From the NCBI GenBank assembly GCA_017435365.1, contig JAFSFD010000024.1:61282-125281 (forward strand): 64,000 nucleotides of DNA, in the 5' to 3' direction. Position numbers and translations under genes: made by a program. How positions within the stretch are numbered: the stretch's first letter is position 1; each line of letters opens with the position of its first letter. Positions 51,063 through 60,112 of this stretch are shown here, piece by piece. The notes beneath the pieces are model-generated. The model saw only the letters and a program-made list of their open reading frames with translations. It had not been told where the DNA came from and did no database searches. The DNA is from Akkermansia sp. Its GTDB lineage: Bacteria; Verrucomicrobiota; Verrucomicrobiia; Verrucomicrobiales; Akkermansiaceae.

Positions 51063-53861
51063 TTAGCGCTCCTCCTCCTGCAGGTTGAATTGCCAGAGCA
51101 ACTCGACATGACTCCCGAAGGAAATTCCCCGGAGCATGAGCACAGGAGAATGCTTCTGCTGCTCTTCCCATGTTTTCTGCTCCTCAGTATAGGCAGCGTA
51201 CATTGTGCGCGTGAGCACCTCGCAGACGCGCTGGCGGATAAGGTCACGCGTATTTCTGTTGTCCAGGAGCCGGGTGATGTTGTTGCGCGTCTGAATGGCT
51301 TTGAATTTGTTGGCCGATGCCTGCTCAGGGGTGATGTGAAGGATGGAATCCTGCGCGAGAATCCGCATAAGCACCTTATTGAACTGCTTATTGGCAAACA
51401 GTCGGAAATACGATTTGTGCAACTGGCGCTTTTCGCTGCGGCTGAGATTCTCGTTTGCCAGGGCGCAGCATATGTAGTACAGATGCCCCAGCGTCATCGA
51501 TTTATCTTTCAGAGCAACTTCTCCACAGCATGGCGTGTTCATGACCCGCTCAAAGGCTCGGTTCAGGCGTCCGGGTAAATCCGGCCTGTGTTCAAGCTCG
51601 CACCGCACGGTCGTGATGGAATCGGTTTCCTTCGTGACTTTTTCTCCCTGCCATTCGAAAGTTCCGGTTTTTTTGCCGGTGAATTGCAGGCCGTTGTGTC
51701 CGGCCAGAACCGGCAATTTGACCGAGAAGTGCACCTTATTTATATCGCTGCGGCTCAAAGTCCAGGGGAAATTCTGCTTTGGGCGCAAAGTGATGCGTGG
51801 AGCCGGGCGCTCGTTGGTTGCGGCCACGATTTCGAGGTCATCCGGGCTGATGGTCAGGTCTGCCATGGCCGCGGGGGGGAGGGCTTTCACCTTCCCGCCG
51901 GGAACGGGAATCCCGAAAGAAGAGGCCAATACTACGTTGGTATGGAAATCTTCCTGAGTCGGCACCGGAAAACTGACAACGGCTTCTGAGCCTTCACACC
52001 GGATGTGTTGCAGGCGCCCGGCTCTCACCGTGAAACGAACCTCCGGCACAGCCGCGGGCTGACCGTTCCTGTGCTCCGGTTTCAGCAGGAACTCACCTGC
52101 ATTTTCCGTCGGGGTGATGTAAAGATGATACCCATCCGGGCTGAGTTCGAGTCGCTGCGGGGCTTGCAGCTCGCCCCCTTTTGCGAAAGCCGAAACAACA
52201 TAGCTGCCCGTGTGAATGGAAAGCGGAAGTGCCGGGATGATGTTCTCCAGTTCTGCCGGCAGCGCATTACCACTTACCGCAGCAGAGGGGATAAGCGAAA
52301 CCCGGCCCGATACCGGAACGGCATCCGCTTCAGTTTCCTCCTCGGGCGTGCCGGAATCGGCAGTGGCCAGGATAGTAGGAGGGGGAGTCTGCCCGGAATC
52401 GGCAATCATGTACGGTTTTAATCGCTCACTCTGCATCAGCCCCATTACCTGGGGCTCCTTCTGTTTTAATTTTAACCAGTCGGCAATCTGCTGGCCATCA
52501 AATTGTTGTTTCCATTCCTCAGGGGTGGTGCCGTGAGTGGCCTCATAGAGGTAGAGGCGCACCATATCCGAATCCTGCAAGCCCAGCAGGCGGGCGCATT
52601 CGCACAATCGGCTGGCAGAGACCGCATGCCGCGCCCCTTTCTGCCTGGCATTCAAGATGAGCGAGGCCGCTTCCAGCAGCAAGGCATCCTCCGGATTGGC
52701 CACCGGGAGGGCAGCGAGGGTCCTGAGTAACTGATCTGCCGAATCGTGGTCATATTCTGCCCTCAATAAGGCTGCAAGCTGCTGGATGTTGTCTGTGCCG
52801 CTATGGGTCTGCACCGGGGCCGGTTCCTGTTTTGGCGAGTCGCAGTTGCCCGCAAGGTAGTGCCAGCCGGTCAGGGTGAGACACGCCGCAGCCCCCAGGG
52901 TGATAACCGTACCGGGAATGAACCGGGGCCTGGCGGGCTTCACATCATACAACAACCAATCCGGCTCTTCCGTGTAATGATAATGCGAAACGCTCCGTGA
53001 CAGAGTGCGCACAATGTTGACTTGCGGCGGCTGATGGCTCTGTGCCTGAACCGGCAGGCTGCCCGGTGGGGGCACAGGGGCTTCCACCTGGGGAATCTCC
53101 ATATCATCCGCTATTTCGAGAACCGGGTGTCCGGTGCGCACTGCCCGCTGTATCAGAGGTGAACCGGGGGCAGTCACCATGCGGAGCGTCTCGGCATAGC
53201 TATCGGCCTCATCTGCCACGGTGGTGTAGCTCACGCCCCAACCGCGGGTGGGCGTGAGCCAATCGCTTTCATGAAAAAGCAGCAGGATATCGGTGGACGG
53301 TGTGCCGGGCGCAATGGTGATGAGGCAATCGCGCTCAAACGGGCTTGTAAAGAATGCGCGGGCATTGGCCTTGTGGCCGGTAAGCCTTTTCCAGGTCGGC
53401 TGGGTAGAGGCATCCGGCAGGTACTCCGGAGTGGGGTCCGGTTCCTGCGTGATAAACCGGGGCTCCCCCTGCCACCGGCTAAGCCAGAACCCGCATTTCA
53501 GCAGGGCCAGGGTTACACCTGCCGGGGTGGGACGGAGTTTGTTCTGCAGCAGTTCCCGGACTTCCTCCGGGGCAAGGATTAAATGGTGGGCTATATAGCA
53601 GCCACGCCCGCTGTAATCGGCACCAGCCTGCTGCACGCAGCTGAGCACATGCCAGGAGATTCCGGCGTGGTCGAGAATATGATAACTGAATTGCGGACCG
53701 GTGGTCACGCTTCCCCCGCGTGGGTCACGATAAACACTGAGCGCCGAAAGCCGGGCGCACAGCGCCTTCGGGAGCTTCTCTGAACGCGCCACGATACCGT
53801 ACCCCGCCGCATGGGAATCCAGCAGCTGCAGTGCGCTCGTGTAGATGAGCTGGTACGACAT
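51063..53861 (-). CDS. hypothetical 932-aa protein with GAP1-like (GTPase-associated protein) N-terminal domain and central TM helix
   Basis: It starts MSYQLIYTSALQLLDSHAAGYGIVARSEKLP... It has a Pro-rich linker, a TM helix (FIPGTVITLGAAACLTLTGWHYL), a helical region, a beta-rich region and a helical C-terminal domain. The GAP1-like call is recollection-based only. Confidence 0.6.
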   Translation of the reverse strand: MSYQLIYTSALQLLDSHAAGYGIVARSEKLPKALCARLSALSVYRDPRGGSVTTGPQFSYHILDHAGISWHVLSCVQQAGADYSGRGCYIAHHLILAPEEVRELLQNKLRPTPAGVTLALLKCGFWLSRWQGEPRFITQEPDPTPEYLPDASTQPTWKRLTGHKANARAFFTSPFERDCLITIAPGTPSTDILLLFHESDWLTPTRGWGVSYTTVADEADSYAETLRMVTAPGSPLIQRAVRTGHPVLEIADDMEIPQVEAPVPPPGSLPVQAQSHQPPQVNIVRTLSRSVSHYHYTEEPDWLLYDVKPARPRFIPGTVITLGAAACLTLTGWHYLAGNCDSPKQEPAPVQTHSGTDNIQQLAALLRAEYDHDSADQLLRTLAALPVANPEDALLLEAASLILNARQKGARHAVSASRLCECARLLGLQDSDMVRLYLYEATHGTTPEEWKQQFDGQQIADWLKLKQKEPQVMGLMQSERLKPYMIADSGQTPPPTILATADSGTPEEETEADAVPVSGRVSLIPSAAVSGNALPAELENIIPALPLSIHTGSYVVSAFAKGGELQAPQRLELSPDGYHLYITPTENAGEFLLKPEHRNGQPAAVPEVRFTVRAGRLQHIRCEGSEAVVSFPVPTQEDFHTNVVLASSFGIPVPGGKVKALPPAAMADLTISPDDLEIVAATNERPAPRITLRPKQNFPWTLSRSDINKVHFSVKLPVLAGHNGLQFTGKKTGTFEWQGEKVTKETDSITTVRCELEHRPDLPGRLNRAFERVMNTPCCGEVALKDKSMTLGHLYYICCALANENLSRSEKRQLHKSYFRLFANKQFNKVLMRILAQDSILHITPEQASANKFKAIQTRNNITRLLDNRNTRDLIRQRVCEVLTRTMYAAYTEEQKTWEEQQKHSPVLMLRGISFGSHVELLWQFNLQEEER

Positions 53862-53863
53862 AC

Positions 53864-55606
53864 TCAGTATTGCGAACTGGGGATAAGGGAAGGTGCGACA
53901 TTGTGCATAGCCCAGAGCAGGGGCTCGGTCACGCGTACCGGATGCACCTGCCCGGAAGCCGGGCCGATGAGAGTGGAGCCGCTCCTTTCATCGTGGAACT
54001 CAACGGGAGATTCGCCCAGAGCACTGGCGGCAAAATAGCGTACGTTGGAGGATATGGCCTCCGCATTGGTGCAGATGTGCGGGGCGATATTGAAGATGAA
54101 TTGGCGCAGACGCGTGGAATTGACATTCACATGCTCAGCCATGAACATGCCATTGCGGCAGGCCGGCAGCAGCGGCTCCGGCCCCAGCAGGTGAATCCAG
54201 GTATCGCTCTTGCCGATGATGATGGCCAGTGGCACATCCAGCTTTTCAGACGGCGGCAGGTTGAGCCTGGTACGAAGCCTCATCTCAGACTCGGCAAGCA
54301 GCATGGCCTGCCGACCGGGGCGATACAGAGAATTGCGCAGCTGCGGGTCGGTGCTCTCCTGGAGCAGCTGGCGGAACCCGGGATTGGCGGTCGGGTCGAA
54401 CAGAAAGAGAATAGCCGATGCCACGCTCAGATGATGGCTGCCGGGGGTGAGTATATTGTCGCGCCCGGGCTGGAAATCCTCACCGGCGTTGTCATACAAC
54501 ACCAGGGAATGAGTTTCAGCCCCTTTGTTCAGGTTGTAGATGAAGGGCCGCGGCATGTTGGCGTAGACCCCCTGGCGCCATACCTTGTGGTACAAGCGCC
54601 CCTGCATCTGGGTCTTGGCAATGTAGGCCTCCTGCGGGGTACGGGCCGAGAACAATCGCATACGCATCTCATTGAGCGGCTCGTTCATCTCGGGATCCGA
54701 ATCACGGAACGGCATGCCGAAATCACGGGGGAACATCGTCTCCAGCTCATGCACAAGCGCAGTAAGGTAATAACTCTTGCCGGCAGCAGGCACCCCCACC
54801 AGTGAGATGATGTGTTGCTGTGTCTGGGTAAAGAAAGGCGGCAGCTTGCTGTGGCAGTGCGGGCAGGCAAACTCGCTGCATGGCACTCCCTCTGCATCCA
54901 GCGGGAGCCCCTGTGCGCTCGTGTATTCCGCGCGGAAGCGCAGCATGGCATCCTGCCCCAGAATCGGGTCACCAGTCAGGTTCGGGTGAGTCGCGATGCT
55001 CAGAATTTCATCAGGCGTGAAAAACTCCCAGCAACAAGGGCAGCGGAGCGCTTCCTGGTGTTCTTGTGTTGCAGGCTCCGGAATCATGGTTTCTCCGCTC
55101 CGGCTACCGGCGAAATTGGCCACATGCACTATATCCCGCAGGTAGAAGGCGCAATGCTCCAACCCTTGAAACGAGGCCAGCACATCCCCGGGTAACTCAG
55201 GTGCCACAAGCGGCAAATCTTCAAGCGCATACGGCCCGTACCACTCTTCCTGCGATGGGTTGAACAGAAACCACACTGTCGGATCATACTGGCTGAAATC
55301 CGGTCGGGAGGCATCATTCCCGTACCAGCAGATAAAACAGCCATTTTCCAGCACAAAGAGATACATTGTCTCCGGTCGGATGACCACATCCGACTTAAGC
55401 GAGGCCCCATTCAGCGAGTATCGGGAAACTTTGCCATGCGGAAAGAATCGACACACTGAGTCACGCTGGGCAAAAGACCCACCGTTTTCCGCGCTCATTT
55501 TAACGCGGAATGTGTTTTTTTCACCAGCCCCGACTGTCATGAACGCACCATCGGAGGCTCTCAGCTTGGCGGCCAGGCAATCGTAGATGTAGAGTTGTTT
55601 GTTCAT
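53864..55606 (-). CDS. FHA-like domain / split zinc-ribbon / TRAFAC-type P-loop GTPase
   Basis: Residues ~20-95 are FHA-like (...TVGAGEKNTFRV...RYSLNGASL...). CxxC pairs are RCPCCW (189-192) and CPHC (248-251). Walker A is GVPAAGKS (271-278; nt 54773-54796), the G3-like motif is YDNAGE (371-376) and the G4-like motif is IIGKSD (463-468). Confidence 0.72.
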   Translation of the reverse strand: MNKQLYIYDCLAAKLRASDGAFMTVGAGEKNTFRVKMSAENGGSFAQRDSVCRFFPHGKVSRYSLNGASLKSDVVIRPETMYLFVLENGCFICWYGNDASRPDFSQYDPTVWFLFNPSQEEWYGPYALEDLPLVAPELPGDVLASFQGLEHCAFYLRDIVHVANFAGSRSGETMIPEPATQEHQEALRCPCCWEFFTPDEILSIATHPNLTGDPILGQDAMLRFRAEYTSAQGLPLDAEGVPCSEFACPHCHSKLPPFFTQTQQHIISLVGVPAAGKSYYLTALVHELETMFPRDFGMPFRDSDPEMNEPLNEMRMRLFSARTPQEAYIAKTQMQGRLYHKVWRQGVYANMPRPFIYNLNKGAETHSLVLYDNAGEDFQPGRDNILTPGSHHLSVASAILFLFDPTANPGFRQLLQESTDPQLRNSLYRPGRQAMLLAESEMRLRTRLNLPPSEKLDVPLAIIIGKSDTWIHLLGPEPLLPACRNGMFMAEHVNVNSTRLRQFIFNIAPHICTNAEAISSNVRYFAASALGESPVEFHDERSGSTLIGPASGQVHPVRVTEPLLWAMHNVAPSLIPSSQY

Positions 55607-55624
55607 TGGGGTCTTCTTGCGCTC

Positions 55625-55653
55625 ATTATAACGGCTGAATCAGGCAGAGTCAA
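55625..55653 (-). promoter_or_regulatory. near-consensus sigma70 promoter of the GTPase module (TTGACT-17-TATAAT, 18-nt leader)
   Basis: The minus strand reads TTGACTctgcctgattcagccgtTATAATgagcgcaagaagaccccaATG. Confidence 0.6.
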
Positions 55654-55702
55654 GAAAAGAGCAGCATGCTGCCGGAGGTCAACGAATCCTTGTCATGATG
55701 GG

Positions 55703-55731
55703 TTGATGCTCCGGCTGCTTTGTGTTAGTAT
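55703..55731 (+). promoter_or_regulatory. promoter of panC (TTGATG-17-TAGTAT, 6 nt before ATG)
   Basis: TTGATGctccggctgctttgtgtTAGTATaccggcATG. Confidence 0.5.
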
Positions 55732-55737
55732 ACCGGC

Positions 55738-56586
55738 ATGCAAACTGCACACACGAAGGAAGAACTCCGCTCGCTCCTGGCTCCGCACCGCGGGAGCCGT
55801 ATCGTACTGGTTCCCACCATGGGAGCCCTGCATGCCGGGCACGCCTCTCTGCTGACCCAGGCCAGGGAACTGGCCGGCGAAACCGGCACGGTGGTGGCCA
55901 GTGTATTCCTGAACCCGGTGCAGTTTGATAATGCGGGAGATCTGGCCACGTATCCCAAGACCCCCATGCAGGATCTGGAGACATGCGATAAATGCGGGGT
56001 GGATATCGTATTCATGCCCTCGGCCGATACCATGTATTGCAGTGACCGTTCCATCACGATGGAGGAAACTCACCTCTCCACGGTGCTGTGCGGCGCCAGC
56101 CGTCCCGGCCACTTCGCCGGGGTCTGCCTGGTGGTGAACAAGCTTTTCAACCTGGTGCAGCCGACAGATGCCATCTTCGGCAAGAAAGATTACCAGCAAC
56201 TGGCCATTCTGCGCCGCATGGTGCGCGACCTGGATATGCCCATCACGCTGCACGGTGCGGAAATTGTCCGCGAGGATGATGGCCTGGCCCTTTCCAGCCG
56301 CAATGTGCGGCTGACCCCGGAGCACCGCGCGGCAGCCCCTGCGATTCGCCGTTCGCTGCTGGCCGCCGGGAAAGCCTATGGAGAAGGCGCTTCCATCGCG
56401 GATATATGTTCACAGGTCCGGGCTGAGCTGGAGTCAATCCCCGGCGTGCGCTGCGATTATGTGGAACTGGTGGATGCCGTGACACTGCATGAGGTGACCG
56501 CGCCGCATCGCCTGGCATTATTGGCCGTGGCTGCCTGGTTTGGCGATGTGCGACTTATCGACAACATTGAACTTTCACGCTCATGA
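55738..56586 (+). CDS. panC: pantoate--beta-alanine ligase
   Basis: VPTMGALHAGHASLL (HxGH), SVFLNPVQF and FGKKDYQQL motifs. 282 aa. Confidence 0.92.
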   Translation: MQTAHTKEELRSLLAPHRGSRIVLVPTMGALHAGHASLLTQARELAGETGTVVASVFLNPVQFDNAGDLATYPKTPMQDLETCDKCGVDIVFMPSADTMYCSDRSITMEETHLSTVLCGASRPGHFAGVCLVVNKLFNLVQPTDAIFGKKDYQQLAILRRMVRDLDMPITLHGAEIVREDDGLALSSRNVRLTPEHRAAAPAIRRSLLAAGKAYGEGASIADICSQVRAELESIPGVRCDYVELVDAVTLHEVTAPHRLALLAVAAWFGDVRLIDNIELSRS

Positions 56587-57242
56587 TTCAGGCTACAAAT
56601 CTGCACCGCTCGTACAGCATTGCCCGGAAACAGATTGAGGTGCTGCATGGTCTCGACCTGCACATTCGCCGTGGCGAAAAGGTCTTTCTCTGTGGTCCCA
56701 GCGGAGCCGGTAAAACCACGCTCATGTATACACTGGCAGGGCTGGAGCCGCCACAGCAGGGGAAGGTTGTTGTAGACGGAGAGGATATATACGCACTTTC
56801 ACTCCGCAAGCGAGCCTTGTTCCGCAACAAGATGATGGGCTTCATCTTCCAGAACTACATGCTCATGCCGGAACTCACCGCGCTTGAAAATGCATCCCTG
56901 GCCACGGCGGTGGCCGGAACGGAAGCTACCGAGCGGGTCAAATCCCTGCTGGAGCGCGTGGGCCTGGCAGACCGCATGGACCACCTCCCCAATGAGCTTT
57001 CCGGTGGCGAGCAGCAGCGCGTGGCCATTGCCCGTGCTCTGGCGCACGACCCCGCCATCATCTTTGCAGATGAGCCGACCGGCAATCTGGATTCCCGGAA
57101 TGGCGGCCAGATTCTCGAACTCCTCTTCGGGCTGGCTGAGGAAGGGGGCAAGACTCTTGTGACGGTGACACACGATGCTTCCATTGCCGCCCTCGGGGAT
57201 CGCACACTTATCATCCGCGATGGCGTTGTGGCGAATACCTGA
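56583..57242 (+). CDS. ABC transporter ATP-binding protein (LolD/MacB/FtsE-type)
   Basis: Walker A GPSGAGKTTL, signature LSGGEQQRVAIARAL, Walker B IIFADEPT and H-loop THD. No permease gene is adjacent in the window. Confidence 0.85.
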   Translation: MIQATNLHRSYSIARKQIEVLHGLDLHIRRGEKVFLCGPSGAGKTTLMYTLAGLEPPQQGKVVVDGEDIYALSLRKRALFRNKMMGFIFQNYMLMPELTALENASLATAVAGTEATERVKSLLERVGLADRMDHLPNELSGGEQQRVAIARALAHDPAIIFADEPTGNLDSRNGGQILELLFGLAEEGGKTLVTVTHDASIAALGDRTLIIRDGVVANT

Positions 57243-57301
57243 GCCCATCCTGACTGCTCCGGCTCTGTATCGTTCGCATCGGCGGAGCACCAATTTCAAA
57301 T

Positions 57302-57337
57302 AAAACAAGCCGCAGATTTATATCTGCGGCTTGTTTT
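57302..57337. terminator. bidirectional rho-independent terminator
   Basis: aaaacaagccgcagat-ttat-atctgcggcttgtttt is a 16-bp perfect stem with A/T runs on both sides, between convergent genes. Confidence 0.75.
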
Positions 57338-57354
57338 ATCATCAGTCTACTGAT

Positions 57355-57861
57355 TTATCTGGCTAAGATTTCACGCCAGCCGAGCAGGGAAACGCCGCTG
57401 CCGGCGTGCATCACCTTCCCCTCGGGGGTCACAAATGTCACGTGAGGAATACCACGGGGCGGGGTGAATCCAGGCAGCCCGGTCTTGCCGACGGATTGGA
57501 AATCGACCATGACGGCCGGGAACTTGGCTCCATATTTCTTCACATAAGCTGTGCCGGCTTGCGGTGTGCTGTCGAAGCAGAGGAGGATAATTTCACCGCC
57601 GGCGGCGCGCACGGCGTCGTACTCCGCTACAATCTTAGGCATGATGGCGCGGCAGGGAGGGCACCAGGAGGCTGAGCAGAGGTACACGTAAAACTTGGCA
57701 TCGGCTGCGGGGCGAGCCTCAGAAATGTACTTCATAGTGTCCAGCTTTGCGGGCACAGCTGCGGTTGAGACAGCGGCTGCGGCTGTTGTGGGCTCCTGTG
57801 CAGAGGCACTGCCGCACAGGGTAGCGGCAGCCAGCGCGAGTGTCAGAAATGCGGTTTTCAT
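57355..57861 (-). CDS. exported thioredoxin-fold protein (TlpA-like)
   Basis: Signal peptide. The WCPPC motif sits in FYVYLCSASWCPPCRAIMP. Paralogue of 33458..34087. Confidence 0.78.
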   Translation of the reverse strand: MKTAFLTLALAAATLCGSASAQEPTTAAAAVSTAAVPAKLDTMKYISEARPAADAKFYVYLCSASWCPPCRAIMPKIVAEYDAVRAAGGEIILLCFDSTPQAGTAYVKKYGAKFPAVMVDFQSVGKTGLPGFTPPRGIPHVTFVTPEGKVMHAGSGVSLLGWREILAR

Positions 57862-57899
57862 ATGTCTAGTGAGATGAAGTATTTTGTTATTCCGTTGAA

Positions 57900-58421
57900 T
57901 CAGGCGCGAATAATGTAGCCATCCTTGCGCGGTTTTGGCTCAACTATACCGCCTTCAGCGGCGTAGCCGAGAATACAGACGGCAAGACCGGCCATCTGAC
58001 TGCCGAGCCCCCAGGAGGCTTTGATTTCAGCCCCTTCGGGGAGTTCAAACATCTGGCGGCCGCGGTTAATCCAGCAGGAACCGAGCCCTACCGCGTGAGC
58101 TGCGTTGAGCAGGTTGGCCATCACCATACAGGCATCCTCGTGGCCGGTGCTGTTGCTCGTGTCCTCGAACACAACCACGGCTGTGGGGGCTCCATAGAAC
58201 GGGTCCCGCGTTGTGTTCATAATCTGAGCGTTGAGTCTGGAAAGCCGGGCAACAAGGGCGGAATCCTGAACCACGACCATGACCGGGCTCTGCTGTCCGT
58301 GTCCGGTGGGGGCATAGGTGGCGGCTTCGAGCACAGCATTCAGTTCTTCCTCCGAAACCTGTTCTGCCTTGTATTTGCGGCAGCTGCGGCGTTCCTTCAA
58401 ATCGATGAGTGTTTCTTTCAT
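57900..58421 (-). CDS. nitroreductase-family protein
   Basis: RRSCRKYK N-terminal motif, 173 aa. -10 TAGAAT lies 7 nt upstream of the ATG. Confidence 0.85.
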   Translation of the reverse strand: MKETLIDLKERRSCRKYKAEQVSEEELNAVLEAATYAPTGHGQQSPVMVVVQDSALVARLSRLNAQIMNTTRDPFYGAPTAVVVFEDTSNSTGHEDACMVMANLLNAAHAVGLGSCWINRGRQMFELPEGAEIKASWGLGSQMAGLAVCILGYAAEGGIVEPKPRKDGYIIRA

Positions 58422-58535
58422 GTCTTTTATTCTACCTTTTCAGATTTTTCTCAGCCTCTTTTATCTGTCTTGCCTGTTTTTTGTCGTCGCGTCATTCTAG
58501 CATTCCGGCTGCGGGGAGTCAATGCAATCTGACGG

Positions 58536-58566
58536 AAAAAAACAACGACCCGGAAATTTCTCCGGG
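58536..58566 (-). terminator. rho-independent terminator after TPR gene
   Basis: The minus strand reads cccgga-gaaatt-tccggg followed by tcgttgTTTTTTT. Confidence 0.6.
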
Positions 58567-58596
58567 CCGTTGAATAAGTCAGGCGGAATAAATGCT

Positions 58597-59970
58597 TCAG
58601 CTGTAGGCGGATTCCACGCGGGCGGCCACATCCTTGTAGCCGTAGTCCACTTCGTAGATAGCCTTGAGCGTTTCGATGCTCTTTTCCTTGTTGCCGGCCT
58701 CTTCGTAGAGCACGCCAATCATGTAGAGCACTTCCTTCTTGGTGTCGTCCATGGTGAGCAGCTCCTTGTCGGCATCCAGCAGCTGGCGGATTGCCATATC
58801 CACCATCTTCTTGGCGTGGTAGCACTTGCCGAGCATGAGCATGGACTTGATGCGGATATTCGGGTTGGTGCGGGCGCGCTGCAGGGCAGGAATGGCCTCG
58901 GTGTATTCGCCGGCATCGAACAGAGCCTGACCAAGCTTGAACTGCAGCTGGGCATCCGTCGGGTTGGCTTCCACGCGGGCGCGGGCATCGGCCACCACGG
59001 CGGCGGCAATCTCGGCCTTCCGCTGAGCCAGGGTAGCGGCGGCTTCCTCGTTGGTCGGGTCAGCGGCGAGCACCTGCTCATAGTAGGCGATTTCAGCCTG
59101 CATGGCCTTCTCGTGCATGGCCATGGCCTTGTCGTTCAGGGCCACGTCGGCAGAGCCGCCGAGCTGGTATGCATAGGCATAGAAGGAGTAGGCATTGGCG
59201 TAGTCTTCCATCTGCTCGTAAACGGAGGCAATGTCCTTCACCACGGGCAGGTTGGCGGAATCGGCGGCATACTGCTCGGAAAGCTGGGCCAGGCGGGCTT
59301 CGAGTTCGGCGCGGGTCAGGCCCATCTTGTCGCCGCTCTCCAGGTCAGCCGTAGCGTTAGCGTTCTTCATCTTGGTGCGGAAGTCACCCTTGCCTTCCCA
59401 GTTGCCCTGCTTCATGGTAGCACGGGCGGAGCAGTCCTTCTCACCTCGCATGGCCACGGGGTCGGTCGGGTCAGCCTTCAGCACGCGGCGGTATGTCTCG
59501 GCAGCTTCGGCAAACTGTTCGTTCTTGATGTAGTGGTTAGCCAGCAGGTGCAGGTGCTTCTTGTCGTTCGGCATGCCCTGGCAGATGGTCTCCAGTGCGA
59601 AAGCGGCAATTTCGGGCAGGCCCAGGTCATTGGCGGCGGCAAAGAGGGCTTCATTGGCAGAGACTGAATAGGGGTCGCGCTCCAGCTCATCTTCAATGTT
59701 CACCAGCACAGATTCCGGGTCCTTGCGGGAGGTAGTGACGCGCAATCCACCGAAAAGGGAAGCCTTGCGGCCAGCCTCGGGCGTGCTCTTCACCTCGCAG
59801 GCGCGAAGCAGTTTGCGGCCTTCCAGGAAACCGGGAGTGCGCTTCACCAAGGTCTTGAGAATGGTTACGGCGTACTTGTAATTCTTCGTCTGCACAGCCT
59901 GCAGAGCCTTTTTCCACAGACCCTGCTGGTCAGCAGCGAGCTGACGTTCAGTAATGATGGTAATTGCCAT
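58597..59970 (-). CDS. tetratricopeptide-repeat protein
   Basis: 457 aa of repeated 34-aa TPR-like units (e.g. AYSFYAYAYQLGGSADVALNDKAMAM; LGQALFDAGEYTEAIPALQRA; LGKCYHAKKMVDMAIRQL). Confidence 0.8.
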   Translation of the reverse strand: MAITIITERQLAADQQGLWKKALQAVQTKNYKYAVTILKTLVKRTPGFLEGRKLLRACEVKSTPEAGRKASLFGGLRVTTSRKDPESVLVNIEDELERDPYSVSANEALFAAANDLGLPEIAAFALETICQGMPNDKKHLHLLANHYIKNEQFAEAAETYRRVLKADPTDPVAMRGEKDCSARATMKQGNWEGKGDFRTKMKNANATADLESGDKMGLTRAELEARLAQLSEQYAADSANLPVVKDIASVYEQMEDYANAYSFYAYAYQLGGSADVALNDKAMAMHEKAMQAEIAYYEQVLAADPTNEEAAATLAQRKAEIAAAVVADARARVEANPTDAQLQFKLGQALFDAGEYTEAIPALQRARTNPNIRIKSMLMLGKCYHAKKMVDMAIRQLLDADKELLTMDDTKKEVLYMIGVLYEEAGNKEKSIETLKAIYEVDYGYKDVAARVESAYS

Positions 59971-60112
59971 AAGAGAAGATAGAGAGATAGAATGTTACCA
60001 GGGCGCGCCCATGCGGGGCATTGGCGGCCAATGCTTCTTCACTAGTTCTACCACAAAGGCCTTGTGATTTCAACCTTGTTTTTTCAAAAAAGTGTGGCAA
60101 AATGCTTCCGGC

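Noticed and set aside
51063-53861. BLUF photoreceptor domain at the N-terminus of the 932-aa protein
   Set aside because: The opening YQLIYTS resembles the first BLUF strand (YRLIYxS). The following sequence lacks the flavin-binding Tyr/Gln/Met context and the ~90-aa BLUF length pattern as I remember it. A GAP1-like interpretation fits the operon context better, though it is also unverified.
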